From Polyangia bacterium (GTDB lineage: Bacteria > Myxococcota_A > Polyangia > Palsa-1104): a stretch of DNA of 64,000 nt. The notes under the pieces were generated by a model. That model had not been told where the DNA came from. It saw only the letters and a program-made list of their open reading frames with translations, and searched no databases. Made by a program: the position numbers and the translations under genes. The stretch spans positions 35,066 to 99,065 of the forward strand of contig JBDTCO010000006.1 of the NCBI GenBank assembly GCA_039923495.1. The letters run 5' to 3'. Numbering within the stretch: the stretch's first letter is position 1; every line of letters begins with the position of its first letter. Below, in pieces: positions 9,712-19,784 of the stretch.

Positions 9712-10063
9712 CAACTGGGATCACCAGAATGGGGTCGGAAGACTGACTCTACCGATGAGCATCTGGTGAGAAAACTCCCACCGACATCGTCGCAGGTCAT
9801 CCCACCAATCACGACGGAATCGCTCATCCACCCCAACACTTAGCAAGACCTCCCACCTTACCCACATCGTCTCCGGTTGCGGCACAGCGGGTGCACCACC
9901 CCCCCTCGTTGCGAATGCTTCCGGAGGCCCCGTGATCGACAGCTTCGACTCGGACACGTACGTCGACGGTTCCAACAACGACAATCGCAGCGCCGAGGGT
10001 TATTGGCGAAACAGCTGGGAAGTCTCGCTCGATCCCGAGTCGTCTGGCGACGACCAGCCGACC

Positions 10064-11119
<1,056 letters not shown>

Positions 11120-11184
11120 CTCCTCGAGAACCTCTGGCTCGTCGAGAAGCTCTGGGCCGACGAGTCCGGTGATATAAGCGGGTC

Positions 11185-11847
11185 GTGCGACCCTCCCGGA
11201 CGACCGGCGTGGCCGTGGATCTCGTCGTCTTCACCGTCGACGAGGCCGAGCTGCGTGTCGCGCTCCTGCGCATGAAGCGCCCGTCGTTCCTGGGCAAGTG
11301 GGCGCTCCCCGGCGGCCGCATCGGGGACGAGGAGACGGTGGAAGACGCGGCCGTGAGGGAGCTCCGCGAGAAGGTCGGGCTCGACGACGTCTACCTCGAG
11401 CAGCTCTACACGTTCTCGAGGCCCGATCGCGATCCCGACGGTCGCTGTCTCTCCGTCGCCCACATGGCACTCGTGCCGCCGGGTACGGGTTTGCGTACGA
11501 CCGACAAGTACGACGGGGTCGGCTGGTTCTCCGCCCGCAGGCCACCGCAGCTCGCGTTCGATCACCGCGAGATCCTCGCCTACGCCGTGAAGCGCCTGCG
11601 CGGCAAGCTCGCCTACACCAACGTCGCCTACAGCCTCCTGCCCGCCGCGTTCTCGCTCGGCGAGCTGCAGCGGGTCTACGAGACGATCCTCGACGAGTCG
11701 CTCGACCCACGGAACTTCCAGCGCCGCGTCGTGCAGCTCGGCATGGTCGAGGAGACAGGCCATGTCCGCGAGGGCGCGCGCAACCGGCCCGCCCGCCTCT
11801 ACCGCTTCCATTCTCGTCGACCGCACGATCTTCCGGTGCTGTCTTGA
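11185..11847 (+). CDS. nrtR: NrtR-family Nudix-related transcriptional regulator
   Basis: Nudix box GRIGDEETVEDAAVRELREKVGL followed by a C-terminal winged-helix-like domain (LGELQRVYETILDESLDPRNFQRRVVQLG); sits directly upstream of pncA-pncB-nadE. Confidence 0.75.
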   Translation: MRPSRTTGVAVDLVVFTVDEAELRVALLRMKRPSFLGKWALPGGRIGDEETVEDAAVRELREKVGLDDVYLEQLYTFSRPDRDPDGRCLSVAHMALVPPGTGLRTTDKYDGVGWFSARRPPQLAFDHREILAYAVKRLRGKLAYTNVAYSLLPAAFSLGELQRVYETILDESLDPRNFQRRVVQLGMVEETGHVREGARNRPARLYRFHSRRPHDLPVLS

Positions 11848-11878
11848 CGATGTTCATGTATGGATTACAATAAGTACA
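11844..11878 (+). promoter_or_regulatory. sigma-70-like promoter TTGACG-N16-TACAAT with overlapping AT-rich palindrome (candidate NrtR operator) upstream of pncA
   Basis: ttgacg at 11844-11849 (contains the nrtR stop TGA); tacaat at 11866-11871; palindromic tgta-N14-taca at 11857-11878; the only AT-rich island in this region, 16 nt before the pncA ATG. Confidence 0.45.
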
Positions 11879-11893
11879 GGCCCGAGGCCGCCA

Positions 11894-12520
11894 ATGGAAA
11901 CTGCTGACGCGTTGCTCGTCGTCGATCTACAGCCCGACTTCATGCCCGGCGGCGCGCTCGCCGTCAGGGGCGGGGACGAGATCGTCGGCCCCATCTCGCG
12001 GATCGCTGGCCACTTCACGACGGTGGTCGCGACGCAGGACTGGCACCCCCGAGGCCACATCTCCTTCGCGTCGCGCCACGGCAAGCAGTCCTTCTCGAAG
12101 CTCGCACTGTACGGTGGCGAGCAGGCGATGTGGCCCGATCACTGTGTCCAGGGCACGCCGGGCGCCGCGCTGCACCACGGCCTCGATCTCGCGCACGTGA
12201 GCGTGATCCTACGCAAGGGCGCGCGCTGCGACGTCGACTCGTACAGCGCGTTCTTCGAGAACGTCGGCCCCGACGGCAAGCGTCCCTCCACCGGGCTCGC
12301 GGATCTCCTGCGCGCGCGCGGCATCGGGCGCGTGTTCGTCTGCGGCCTCGCTCGTGACGTGTGCGTCGCCGACACCGCCCTCGACGCGGCGGCCGAAGGG
12401 TTCGACGTCACGCTCATCGACGATCTCACGCGCGCGGTGGACGAGGGCAGCCGCGTCCGGGTGGACACGAGGCTGAAGAGCGCCGGTGTGAAGATCGAGA
12501 ACGCGGAGGTGCTCTCGTGA
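11894..12520 (+). CDS. pncA: nicotinamidase (isochorismatase family)
   Basis: METADALLVVDLQPDF..., catalytic D/K/C context (VDLQPDF, ILRKG, FVCGLARDVCV) typical of PncA. Confidence 0.8.
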   Translation: METADALLVVDLQPDFMPGGALAVRGGDEIVGPISRIAGHFTTVVATQDWHPRGHISFASRHGKQSFSKLALYGGEQAMWPDHCVQGTPGAALHHGLDLAHVSVILRKGARCDVDSYSAFFENVGPDGKRPSTGLADLLRARGIGRVFVCGLARDVCVADTALDAAAEGFDVTLIDDLTRAVDEGSRVRVDTRLKSAGVKIENAEVLS

Positions 12521-13932
12521 GCGAGCAGACGCTGACGGTCGACGCGTATCAGCTCACCACGCTCATCGCCCACGCGGACGCGGGCCGCCTCGAGCAGCAC
12601 ATGGCGATGACCGCGTTCTTCCGCAAGCTGCCGGTGAACCGTGGCTACGTCGTCGCGTGCGGGCAGCGCAGCATCGTCGAGCACGCGCGCCAGATGCGCG
12701 TGACGAAGGAAGAGTTCGATGTGCTGTTCACGCACCCGATCATCGGAGAGCGGCTGCGCAGTCGTCCGGCGATCGTCTCCGCGCTCTCGGCGCTCGACGG
12801 CTTCGTGGGCGAGATCGACGCGGTGCCCGAGGGACTGCCGGTGTTCGCGGGCCCGGGTCGTCGCTCCGACGGCACGCCGCTCCTCGTCGATGGTCGACCG
12901 CTCACGCTGTATGCACCGCTGCTGTCGATCCGCACCGACATGCTGCTCGCGAAGATGATCGAGACGCCGTGGCTCTCGCGCCTCAACCATCAGTCGATGG
13001 TCGCGTCGAAGGCCTCGCGCGTCGTGATCGCCGCGAAGGGCAAGCCGGTGCTCGAGTTCGGCGCGCGCCGCACGCAGACCCAGGCGGGGATCGACGCCGC
13101 GTGGGCGGCCGCGGTCGCGGGCTGCACCGGCACGTCGAACATGGCCGCGTGGATGCGCTACGGCATCCCCGCGGTCGGCACCATGGATCACTCCTTCGTG
13201 CAGGCGTCCGAGGAGCCGGGGCTGTCCACCGACGAGAGCGAGCGGCGCGCGTTCGCGGCGTTTCACGCGACCTACGGCGCCTCGGCGACCTACCTCGTCG
13301 ACACCTACGACACCGTGCGCGGCATCCGCAACGCGGTGCGTGCCTCGAACAAGCAGCTCGGTGGCATCCGCATCGACTCCAACGTCACCGTAGCGACCGT
13401 CGCGCAGGCCCGCGCGCTGCTCGACGAGCTCGGCGCGCCGCATGCGAAGATCATCGTGTCCGACGGCCTCGACGAGATGAAGGTTGCCAGGCTCGACGGC
13501 GCCGATGGCTTCGGCGTGGGCGAGCAGATCACGTGCAGCCCCGACTCCGCGACGGGCGTCGGCGCGGTGGCCAAGCTCACGGTGAACGGCTACGGTCGCG
13601 CCACGATGAAGCTCTCGCGCGGCAGCGCCAAGATGACGCTCCCCGGCCGCATCGCCGCGTGGCGCTACGCGGATCACGATCTCGTCGCGATCGACGGCGA
13701 GGCCGTGCCGGCCGGCGGCCGCGCGCTGCTCGAGCCGCTGTGGCGAGGGCGCGGGCCCGTTGTCGAGGAGCCGGCCGCTGCGGCGCTCCATCGTGCACAC
13801 GCGGTGTGTCGGCGCGAGCTCGCCGCGCTGCCCGCTGGCGTGCGCGACCTCGCATCACCCGAGCCGTACCCGCTCGTCGCGTCCGATGCGCTCGTCGACC
13901 TCGTGTCGAGTCGCGTGAAGGAGGCTGCATGA
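12517..13932 (+). CDS. pncB: nicotinate phosphoribosyltransferase
   Basis: GTG start overlapping the pncA stop (GTGA); TLTVDAYQLT and GARRTQTQAG...GTSNMAAW...GTMDHSF blocks align with E. coli PncB motifs (TDAYK, GTRRR, GTSN, GTQAH). Confidence 0.8.
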   Translation: MSEQTLTVDAYQLTTLIAHADAGRLEQHMAMTAFFRKLPVNRGYVVACGQRSIVEHARQMRVTKEEFDVLFTHPIIGERLRSRPAIVSALSALDGFVGEIDAVPEGLPVFAGPGRRSDGTPLLVDGRPLTLYAPLLSIRTDMLLAKMIETPWLSRLNHQSMVASKASRVVIAAKGKPVLEFGARRTQTQAGIDAAWAAAVAGCTGTSNMAAWMRYGIPAVGTMDHSFVQASEEPGLSTDESERRAFAAFHATYGASATYLVDTYDTVRGIRNAVRASNKQLGGIRIDSNVTVATVAQARALLDELGAPHAKIIVSDGLDEMKVARLDGADGFGVGEQITCSPDSATGVGAVAKLTVNGYGRATMKLSRGSAKMTLPGRIAAWRYADHDLVAIDGEAVPAGGRALLEPLWRGRGPVVEEPAAAALHRAHAVCRRELAALPAGVRDLASPEPYPLVASDALVDLVSSRVKEAA

Positions 13933-15818
13933 GGCTCGTCCGCATCGCGCTCGCCAACGTCGACACCATCGTCGGCGCGGTGGCGTCCAACCTCGACAAG
14001 GCCCTTTCGCTCGTGCCGGCTGCCATCGACGACGGCGCCACGGTCCTCGTGTTCCCCGAGCAGCTGCTCTCCGGGTACCCGCCCGAAGATCTCGTGCAGT
14101 GGCGTGGCTTCGTGCACGCGCAGTGGAAGGCGCTCGCCGAGATGGCGCGCGCCACGGCGGATCGACCCATCGCCATCGTGGCGGGCGTGACGGTGCAGCG
14201 CGGCAACGGCCTCTACAACTGCGCGGCGCTCCTGCACCGAGGCCGCATCTGTGGCCTCGTGCCGAAGGAGAAGCTGCCCACCTACAACGTGTTCTACGAG
14301 GGCCGCACGATGAACCGCGGCATCGCGGGGCTCTACGACGAGCTCGAGGGCGTCCCGTTCGGCGACCTCGTCTTCCAGCTCGACTTCGGCACGGTCGCGC
14401 TCGAGATCTGCGAGGACCTGTGGTCCCCCGACGGCCCGATGCGTCGTCGCTGCTACGCGGGCGCCGAGCTCGTGCTCAACCTGTCGGCGTCGCCGTTCCG
14501 GGTCGGCATCGTGGACACGCGGCGCGAGATGATCGCCACACGCGCCGCAGACAACCAGTGCGTCGTCGCCTACACCAACGCGGTCGGCGCCAACGACGGG
14601 CTCATCTTCGATGGCGGTGGCTTCATCGCGCAGAACGGGCGCGTGGTGCACGAGGCCAGGCGCTTCGAGTCGGGCATCACCGCAGCGACGGTCGATCTCG
14701 ATCGCACCGCGCGCCTCCGCGCCGAGAACACGACGTGGCGCAACGATCAGGAGGCCGCGCGCGGCGAGTCAGACAAGGTGCGGCGTATCCGCGTCGAGGG
14801 CGACACCGATCGTCGCGGGCTCACGTACCCTGTGCCCGCGCATGCGAGCTTCTTCCTGCCGTCACCTCCCGAGCCCGAGCCGACCGCGCGCGAGGCGTTC
14901 TGCGAGGAGCTGCTCGATGCGCTCGCCATGGGGATCGGCAGCTACTACGAGAAGGTCGGCGTCTTCGAGACCATCGGGGTCGCGCTGTCCGGTGGCCGCG
15001 ACAGCTTGCTCGTGATGCTGCTGTGCCGTCGCTGGATCGATCGACGCTTCCCCGACGAGGCCGAGGCGAAGGCGCGAAAGATGCTGCGCGCGTTCTTCAT
15101 GCCGAGCCGTTACTCGTCACCCGAGACGCGCGCCGCCGCCATCGAGACCGCCAACGAGGTGGGCGCGGCGCTCGAGATCGTCGACATCGACGAGACGGTC
15201 GCCGTCGAGCTCCTGGCCATCGAGAAGATGCTCCAGCCGGGGGAGACGCTCACGCGCGCCGCGAAGCAGAACATCCAGGCGCGCATCCGCGGGCAGCGGA
15301 TGTGGACGTGGTCGAACGTGGCCGCGGGCCTCTTCCTGCAGACCTCGAACATGAGCGAGAAGGCGGTCGGCTACTCGACCATCGGTGGCGACTCGGAGGG
15401 TGCGCTCGCGGTCATCGCCAACCTGCCGAAGACCGTCGTGAACTATCTGCTCGACTACCTGCTCGAGAAGACGAAGTCGGAGGCCATCCGTCTCACGCTG
15501 CTCAAGCCGGCGTCGGCCGAGCTCGACGAGTCGCAGGAGGACGAGCGCGACCTCATGCCGTTCCCGGTGCTCGACGCGTGCTTCGCGCTGTATGCCGGCG
15601 AGAAGATGACGCCTGGCGAGGTCGCCGAGGTGCTCGCCGTGATGTTCCCCGATCACGACGCCGCGCAGCTCTGTGCCTGGGCCGGGCGCTTCCAGCGCCT
15701 CTTCAACGCATCCATCTACAAGTGGGTGCAGGCGCCGGTGAGCTTGCACGTGGGCAACCTCGATCTCGAGCGCGAGCGCGCGCTACAGCTCCCGGTGGTG
15801 CAGAAGGCGGAGTGGTAG
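13929..15818 (+). CDS. nadE: glutamine-dependent NAD+ synthetase (N-terminal CN-hydrolase domain plus NAD synthetase domain)
   Basis: ATG overlaps the pncB stop (ATGA); nitrilase E-K-C triad (VLVFPEQ, PKEK, ALEICEDLW); P-loop GVALSGGRDS; 629 aa. Confidence 0.85.
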   Translation: MRLVRIALANVDTIVGAVASNLDKALSLVPAAIDDGATVLVFPEQLLSGYPPEDLVQWRGFVHAQWKALAEMARATADRPIAIVAGVTVQRGNGLYNCAALLHRGRICGLVPKEKLPTYNVFYEGRTMNRGIAGLYDELEGVPFGDLVFQLDFGTVALEICEDLWSPDGPMRRRCYAGAELVLNLSASPFRVGIVDTRREMIATRAADNQCVVAYTNAVGANDGLIFDGGGFIAQNGRVVHEARRFESGITAATVDLDRTARLRAENTTWRNDQEAARGESDKVRRIRVEGDTDRRGLTYPVPAHASFFLPSPPEPEPTAREAFCEELLDALAMGIGSYYEKVGVFETIGVALSGGRDSLLVMLLCRRWIDRRFPDEAEAKARKMLRAFFMPSRYSSPETRAAAIETANEVGAALEIVDIDETVAVELLAIEKMLQPGETLTRAAKQNIQARIRGQRMWTWSNVAAGLFLQTSNMSEKAVGYSTIGGDSEGALAVIANLPKTVVNYLLDYLLEKTKSEAIRLTLLKPASAELDESQEDERDLMPFPVLDACFALYAGEKMTPGEVAEVLAVMFPDHDAAQLCAWAGRFQRLFNASIYKWVQAPVSLHVGNLDLERERALQLPVVQKAEW

Positions 15819-15862
15819 CCCGAACGGTAAGGCCGAACGGTACGGCCGAACGGCAACCGGAA
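15819..15862. repeat. three tandem 13-bp direct repeats (ccgaacggtaNgg) immediately after the nadE stop
   Basis: cccgaacggtaagg ccgaacggtacgg ccgaacggcaaccgg read directly from the sequence. Confidence 0.6.
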
Positions 15863-16016
15863 ACGGTAGCGTGCGCTCCGTACGCGACGATCTGGGAGCA
15901 CGACGGTGTCGATGACGCCGCGAACGTGGAGACACGGGTCCACACGTCGCGGAGCGCCTCCTGCAGGATCTCGACCCCGTTTCGTGAGATGTTGCGAGCG
16001 AGGCGGAGGTGAGTGG

Positions 16017-16553
16017 TTGGAGTACGTCAGTCACGATCCGCGCGCCAAGGTGCGCTCACCCGACATCCTCTTTATCGTCGAGTCGTTCCAGTTCGCGCCG
16101 TCCCTCGTCGACGTGCTGCTGAAGAAGCATGGCCTGGACCGCAGCTCGTTCGGCGTCGCCGAGTACGTCCCGCTCCAGAACGCGCTCGACATGCTGAAGG
16201 AGATCGAGGAGCGCGTCGGCCGCGAGAAGCTCCGGCAGCTGGGCAACACGACGGTGGAGGCGGCGATGTTCCCGCCCCAGTTCGTCGACGTCGAGAGCGT
16301 GCTGCTCGCGCTCGACATGATCTACTCCATCAACCATCTCGGAGAGGTGGGTCACTACCACTCGAAGCAGCTCGTCGACGGCGCCATCGAGGTCCGCTGC
16401 GAGACCCCGTATCCACGCGCGTTCGAGCGCGGGGTCATCGAGGGGATCGCGCGCAACCCGAACCTCGTCAAGGGCAAGCGCTACGACGTCGAGTACATCG
16501 AGGGCCCGATGGGTGGGGACCTCAGCTGTACGTGCATCGTGCGGCGCCGCTGA
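16017..16553 (+). CDS. hypothetical protein, tandem paralog A (possibly a Myxococcales paralogous family of about 180 aa)
   Basis: TTG start 6 nt after ggaggtg RBS; 178 aa; near-identical blocks shared with the downstream copy (VRSP..FQFAPSL.DVLLKK, NHLG.VGHYHS.QL.DGAIEVRCETPYP, GVIEG.ARN). Confidence 0.5.
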   Translation: MEYVSHDPRAKVRSPDILFIVESFQFAPSLVDVLLKKHGLDRSSFGVAEYVPLQNALDMLKEIEERVGREKLRQLGNTTVEAAMFPPQFVDVESVLLALDMIYSINHLGEVGHYHSKQLVDGAIEVRCETPYPRAFERGVIEGIARNPNLVKGKRYDVEYIEGPMGGDLSCTCIVRRR

Positions 16554-16564
16554 TCATGGAGTAG

Positions 16565-17081
16565 GTGAGCCGCGACCCGAAGGCGAAGGTGCGATCGCCG
16601 AGCATCCGGTTCCTCGTCGAGTCGTTCCAGTTCGCGCCGTCGCTGATCGACGTGCTGCTGAAGAAGAACAACATCGAGCGCAGCGCCTTCGACTCTCACG
16701 ACTACACGCCGATGCAGAGCGCGCTCGATCTGTTGACGGGACATCGAGGAGCGAGTCGGTCGCGAGAAGCTGCGGCAGATGGGCGCAAACGCGATCCAGG
16801 AAGCGCTGTTTCCACCCGAGCTCGACAGCGTCGAGAAGCTGCTGCTCTCCTTCGACATCGTGTACTCGCTGAACCACCTCGGTGACGTGGGCCACTACCA
16901 CTCGAGGCAGCTCACCGACGGTGCCATCGAGGTCCGCTGCGAGACGCCGTACCCGCACACCTTCGAGCAGGGCGTCATCGAGGGCGTCGCGCGCAACGCG
17001 AGCCTCGCGAAGGTGCGTCGCTACGTCGACGGCCCGATCGGCGGCGACGTGAGCTGCATCTGCACCGTCCGCGCTCGGTAG
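16565..17081 (+). pseudogene. frameshifted tandem paralog B of the 16017..16553 gene
   Basis: ORF 16565..16885 matches the N-terminal half of A and ORF 16779..17081 matches its C-terminal half in another frame; a 1-nt insertion near 16740 (ctgttgacgggacatcgagga versus atgctgaaggagatcgagga in A) breaks the frame. Confidence 0.5.
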
Positions 17082-17100
17082 ACAGAAAGCGCGAGGCGCT

Positions 17101-18063
17101 TCAGTACGCGTCGCGGACCCAGCGGAACGGACGCAGCCGCGCGAGCGTCTCGGCAGACAGCGGGCCGTCGTCACCCGCGGCGCAGTTGTCGTCCACCTGC
17201 GCGTCCGACCGCATGCCGGGGATCACCGTCGAGACGGCGGGGTGCGACAGGCAGTAGCGCAGCGCGCCCTTTGCCATCGTGCCCGCGGCGCTCTCGAGGA
17301 TCGGTCGCATCTTCTCGACGGCGTCGACCGTCTTCGGAAGGAGGTCGCCCGCGAAGTAGTCCGTGCGAAAGTCACCATCCGGGAACTTCGTGTCCTTCGT
17401 GAGCTTGCCGGTGAGCGCGCCCTCGTCGAAGGGCACGCGCGACAGCACGCCGACGCCGTGCTCGAGACACGCGGGAAACAGCTCGTCCTCGGGCGACTGA
17501 TCGAAGATGTTGTGGAAGACCTGCAGCGCGTCGACGCGGCCCGACTTCACGAGGCGCACCGCGCTTCCTGGATCGTGCGAGTTGATCGACACGCCGATGA
17601 ACCGGATCTTGCCGGCCTTCTGCAGGTCCTGCATCGCCGAGAACCACTCGTCCTCGTCGGTCCACGCGTCCGCCCACACGTGGAGCTGCAGCAGATCGAT
17701 GGTGTCGACGCCGAGGTTCACGAGGCTCTTCTCGGCGCAGCGGACGATCCAGTCCGCAGGAAAGTTGTCCGCGAGCTTCGCGCCCGGACGCACCGGCCAC
17801 TGCGACGACTTGGGTGGCACCTTGGTGGCGACGGTGAGCCCCTGGTGCTTGCGCAACACCTCGCCGACGAGCTTCTCGGAGTGGCCGCTTCCGTACACGA
17901 GGGCGGTGTCGATGAACGTGACGCCGTGGTCGACGGCGCGCGAGAGCGCACGTCGCGCGTCGTCGTCGCGCTTGCCACCCCACATGCCGCCGCCGATGGC
18001 CCAGCTCCCGAAGCCAATCTCCGAGACGGAGAGGCCGGTCTTGCCCAGGGTTCGCGTGCGCAT
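17101..18063 (-). CDS. aldo/keto reductase family oxidoreductase
   Basis: Start at internal MRTRTLGKTGLSVSEIGFGSW; AKR signatures (GxxxxDTAxxYG, catalytic K in TKVPP context, C-terminal NADP-binding region). Confidence 0.8.
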   Translation of the reverse strand: MRTRTLGKTGLSVSEIGFGSWAIGGGMWGGKRDDDARRALSRAVDHGVTFIDTALVYGSGHSEKLVGEVLRKHQGLTVATKVPPKSSQWPVRPGAKLADNFPADWIVRCAEKSLVNLGVDTIDLLQLHVWADAWTDEDEWFSAMQDLQKAGKIRFIGVSINSHDPGSAVRLVKSGRVDALQVFHNIFDQSPEDELFPACLEHGVGVLSRVPFDEGALTGKLTKDTKFPDGDFRTDYFAGDLLPKTVDAVEKMRPILESAAGTMAKGALRYCLSHPAVSTVIPGMRSDAQVDDNCAAGDDGPLSAETLARLRPFRWVRDAY

Positions 18064-18165
18064 GAGCGATTCGTACCACGCCGGATAGGGCCGGGCGGGC
18101 TCGAGAAGCTGCGCTGAACCCTTTCCCAACGGGCCGGCTCTCACCGTGGATCGGGAGGGGTTCTC

Positions 18166-18324
18166 ATGTGTCGAAGAGTCGAGTGTTCAGTTTGCAAGAA
18201 GCCCACGTACGCGGGCTGCGGGAAGCACGTGGAGCAGGTGCTTGGGGACGTGCCGACGAAGGAGCGGTGTACGTGTGAGCGCGTGGCTAGCGCAGGCTGG
18301 CTCGCGCGTCTGCTCGGCAGGTGA
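18166..18324 (+). CDS. small Cys-rich (zinc-ribbon-like) protein, 52 aa
   Basis: GGGAGGGG RBS at 18153-18160 then ATG; MCRRVECSVCKKPTYAGCGKHVEQVLGDVPTKERCTCE with 7 Cys and 1 His; below the ORF-track length cut-off; its 3' end overlaps the convergent sigma factor by about 38 nt. Confidence 0.3.
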   Translation: MCRRVECSVCKKPTYAGCGKHVEQVLGDVPTKERCTCERVASAGWLARLLGR

Positions 18325-18991
18325 GCGTGGGGTCGCCCTCGAGGGAACGCGCGGACGCATCGACGACGTCGGCCGGCCTCGCGTCGATGAGAGGTGCGAG
18401 CGCAGCCCGCATCGCGGCGCGCGCGCGGTGGAGTCGGCTCTTCACCGCGTCGACCGACGCGCCAACGACCGCGGCCACCTCGGGTGCGGTGAGGCCCTCG
18501 CCATCGCGCAGGACGAGGACCTCACGCTGCGCGGGATCGAGCGTCGCGAGGGCCCGGAGCATCGCACGCTCGATCTGGCGGCTCGCCGCGGACGCCTCGG
18601 GATCGGGCGCGGACGTGGCGAGGTCGCGGGCCTCGTCGAGCGAAGCCTCGTCGAGCGGCGCGAACTTCGAGCGACGGTGGCGCTTGATGCAGAAGCTGCG
18701 CGCGATCGTGTACATCCACGTCGAGAGCGACGCCCCTCCGCGGAAGTCGCGGATCGTGCGCGCCGCAGCGATGAGCGTCTCCTGCAGGACCTCGCTCGCG
18801 TCCTGTGGGTCGCGACACATGCGCATACCGAACCGATACACGCGCGGCTCGTAGCGGGCGAGGAGTTGCTCCAGCGCACGGCGATCGCCCGTACGACTCG
18901 CGGCCAGCAGCTGTTCGTCGGTGTGCACGAGCGTGGAGTGTAGCCGAACCCGCGGTTTGCGGTACCGGCACGGCCTGTGCTCGATGTCCAC
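18287..18991 (-). CDS. ECF-family RNA polymerase sigma factor
   Basis: Region 2 (LLARYEPRVYRFGMRMCRDPQDASEVLQETLIAA) and region 4 (LTAPEVAAVVGASVDAVKSRLHRAR); start may be GTG 18928 (VHTDEQLLAAS) rather than ATG 18991. Confidence 0.75.
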   Translation of the reverse strand: MDIEHRPCRYRKPRVRLHSTLVHTDEQLLAASRTGDRRALEQLLARYEPRVYRFGMRMCRDPQDASEVLQETLIAAARTIRDFRGGASLSTWMYTIARSFCIKRHRRSKFAPLDEASLDEARDLATSAPDPEASAASRQIERAMLRALATLDPAQREVLVLRDGEGLTAPEVAAVVGASVDAVKSRLHRARAAMRAALAPLIDARPADVVDASARSLEGDPTLTCRADARASLR

Positions 18992-19043
18992 GTGCGCGTC
19001 CCGATCCCGTGAACGAGTGACAGCATTCGGTTCCGACAGCGGC

Positions 19044-19724
19044 CTAGCTCACGTGCCCGATGCGGATGCGGCGGACGTCGTGCTGCTGCTCGATCTCGGC
19101 GATCAAGTTCTCGAGGCCGAGCTCGCGAGGAAACGTCACGTCGAGCGTGACGTCGAGGTGCCGGTCGGCGACGTGACGATCGTAGCGGAGCGTCGTGAGC
19201 GTCACGCCGCGTGCCCCGAGTGCTGCTGCGATGTCGGCGAGCTTCCCGTCGGGTCCGAGCATGAGCTCGACGTGACGACGGAGCTGGCGGTCGTCCTTGT
19301 CCTCGAAGCGTCGCAGCAAGGTGAGCGCGATGACGCCGCAGACCGTGACGAAGCAGGCGACGGGGTACATCCCTGCGCCGGACGCCATGCCGATGGCGCC
19401 GACCAGCCACAGCCCGGCCGCGGTCGTGAGGCCCTGGATCGAAGTGCCCTGCCGCAGGATCGCGCCACCGGCGAGGAAGCCGATGCCCGTGACGATCGAA
19501 GCCGCGATGCGCGAGGGATCGATCGCGACCAGGTCGGTCGAGTGGTAGTGCTGCGCGAAGACGAAGTTGGTGGAGACCACCATGAAGGTCGCCGACGCGA
19601 GCGCCACGAGCATGTGCGTTCGTAGACCCGCCGGACGACCATGGCGGTCGCGCTCGTAGCCGATGATGCCGCCGAGCGACATCCCGATGACGATGCGAAG
19701 CAGCAACGTGGCGAAGGGTTCCAT
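19044..19724 (-). CDS. mgtC: MgtC/SapB-family membrane protein
   Basis: MEPFATLLLRIVIGMSLGGIIGYERD... multi-TM N-domain plus soluble C-terminal domain typical of MgtC. Confidence 0.75.
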   Translation of the reverse strand: MEPFATLLLRIVIGMSLGGIIGYERDRHGRPAGLRTHMLVALASATFMVVSTNFVFAQHYHSTDLVAIDPSRIAASIVTGIGFLAGGAILRQGTSIQGLTTAAGLWLVGAIGMASGAGMYPVACFVTVCGVIALTLLRRFEDKDDRQLRRHVELMLGPDGKLADIAAALGARGVTLTTLRYDRHVADRHLDVTLDVTFPRELGLENLIAEIEQQHDVRRIRIGHVS

Positions 19725-19784
19725 GACAATTCGTAACGAATCGCTGGCCACGCCGCAACGTCCTTGGCGGTCGACTCAGTGCGC

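Noticed and set aside
11120-11184. Direct repeat cgagaaSctctgg x2 upstream of nrtR as a regulatory site
   Set aside because: There are only two imperfect copies in a 65-bp spacer, so it could be chance. It is mentioned only as weak.
12657-15818. 1053-aa ORF as one giant protein
   Set aside because: Its first 424 codons are an alternative frame of pncB (Arg-rich). The real nadE begins at ATG 13929 with the CN-hydrolase N-terminus.
16565-17081. Two separate small genes (16565..16885 and 16779..17081)
   Set aside because: Together they reconstitute a full-length paralog of 16017..16553 across a single frameshift, so this is one disrupted gene.
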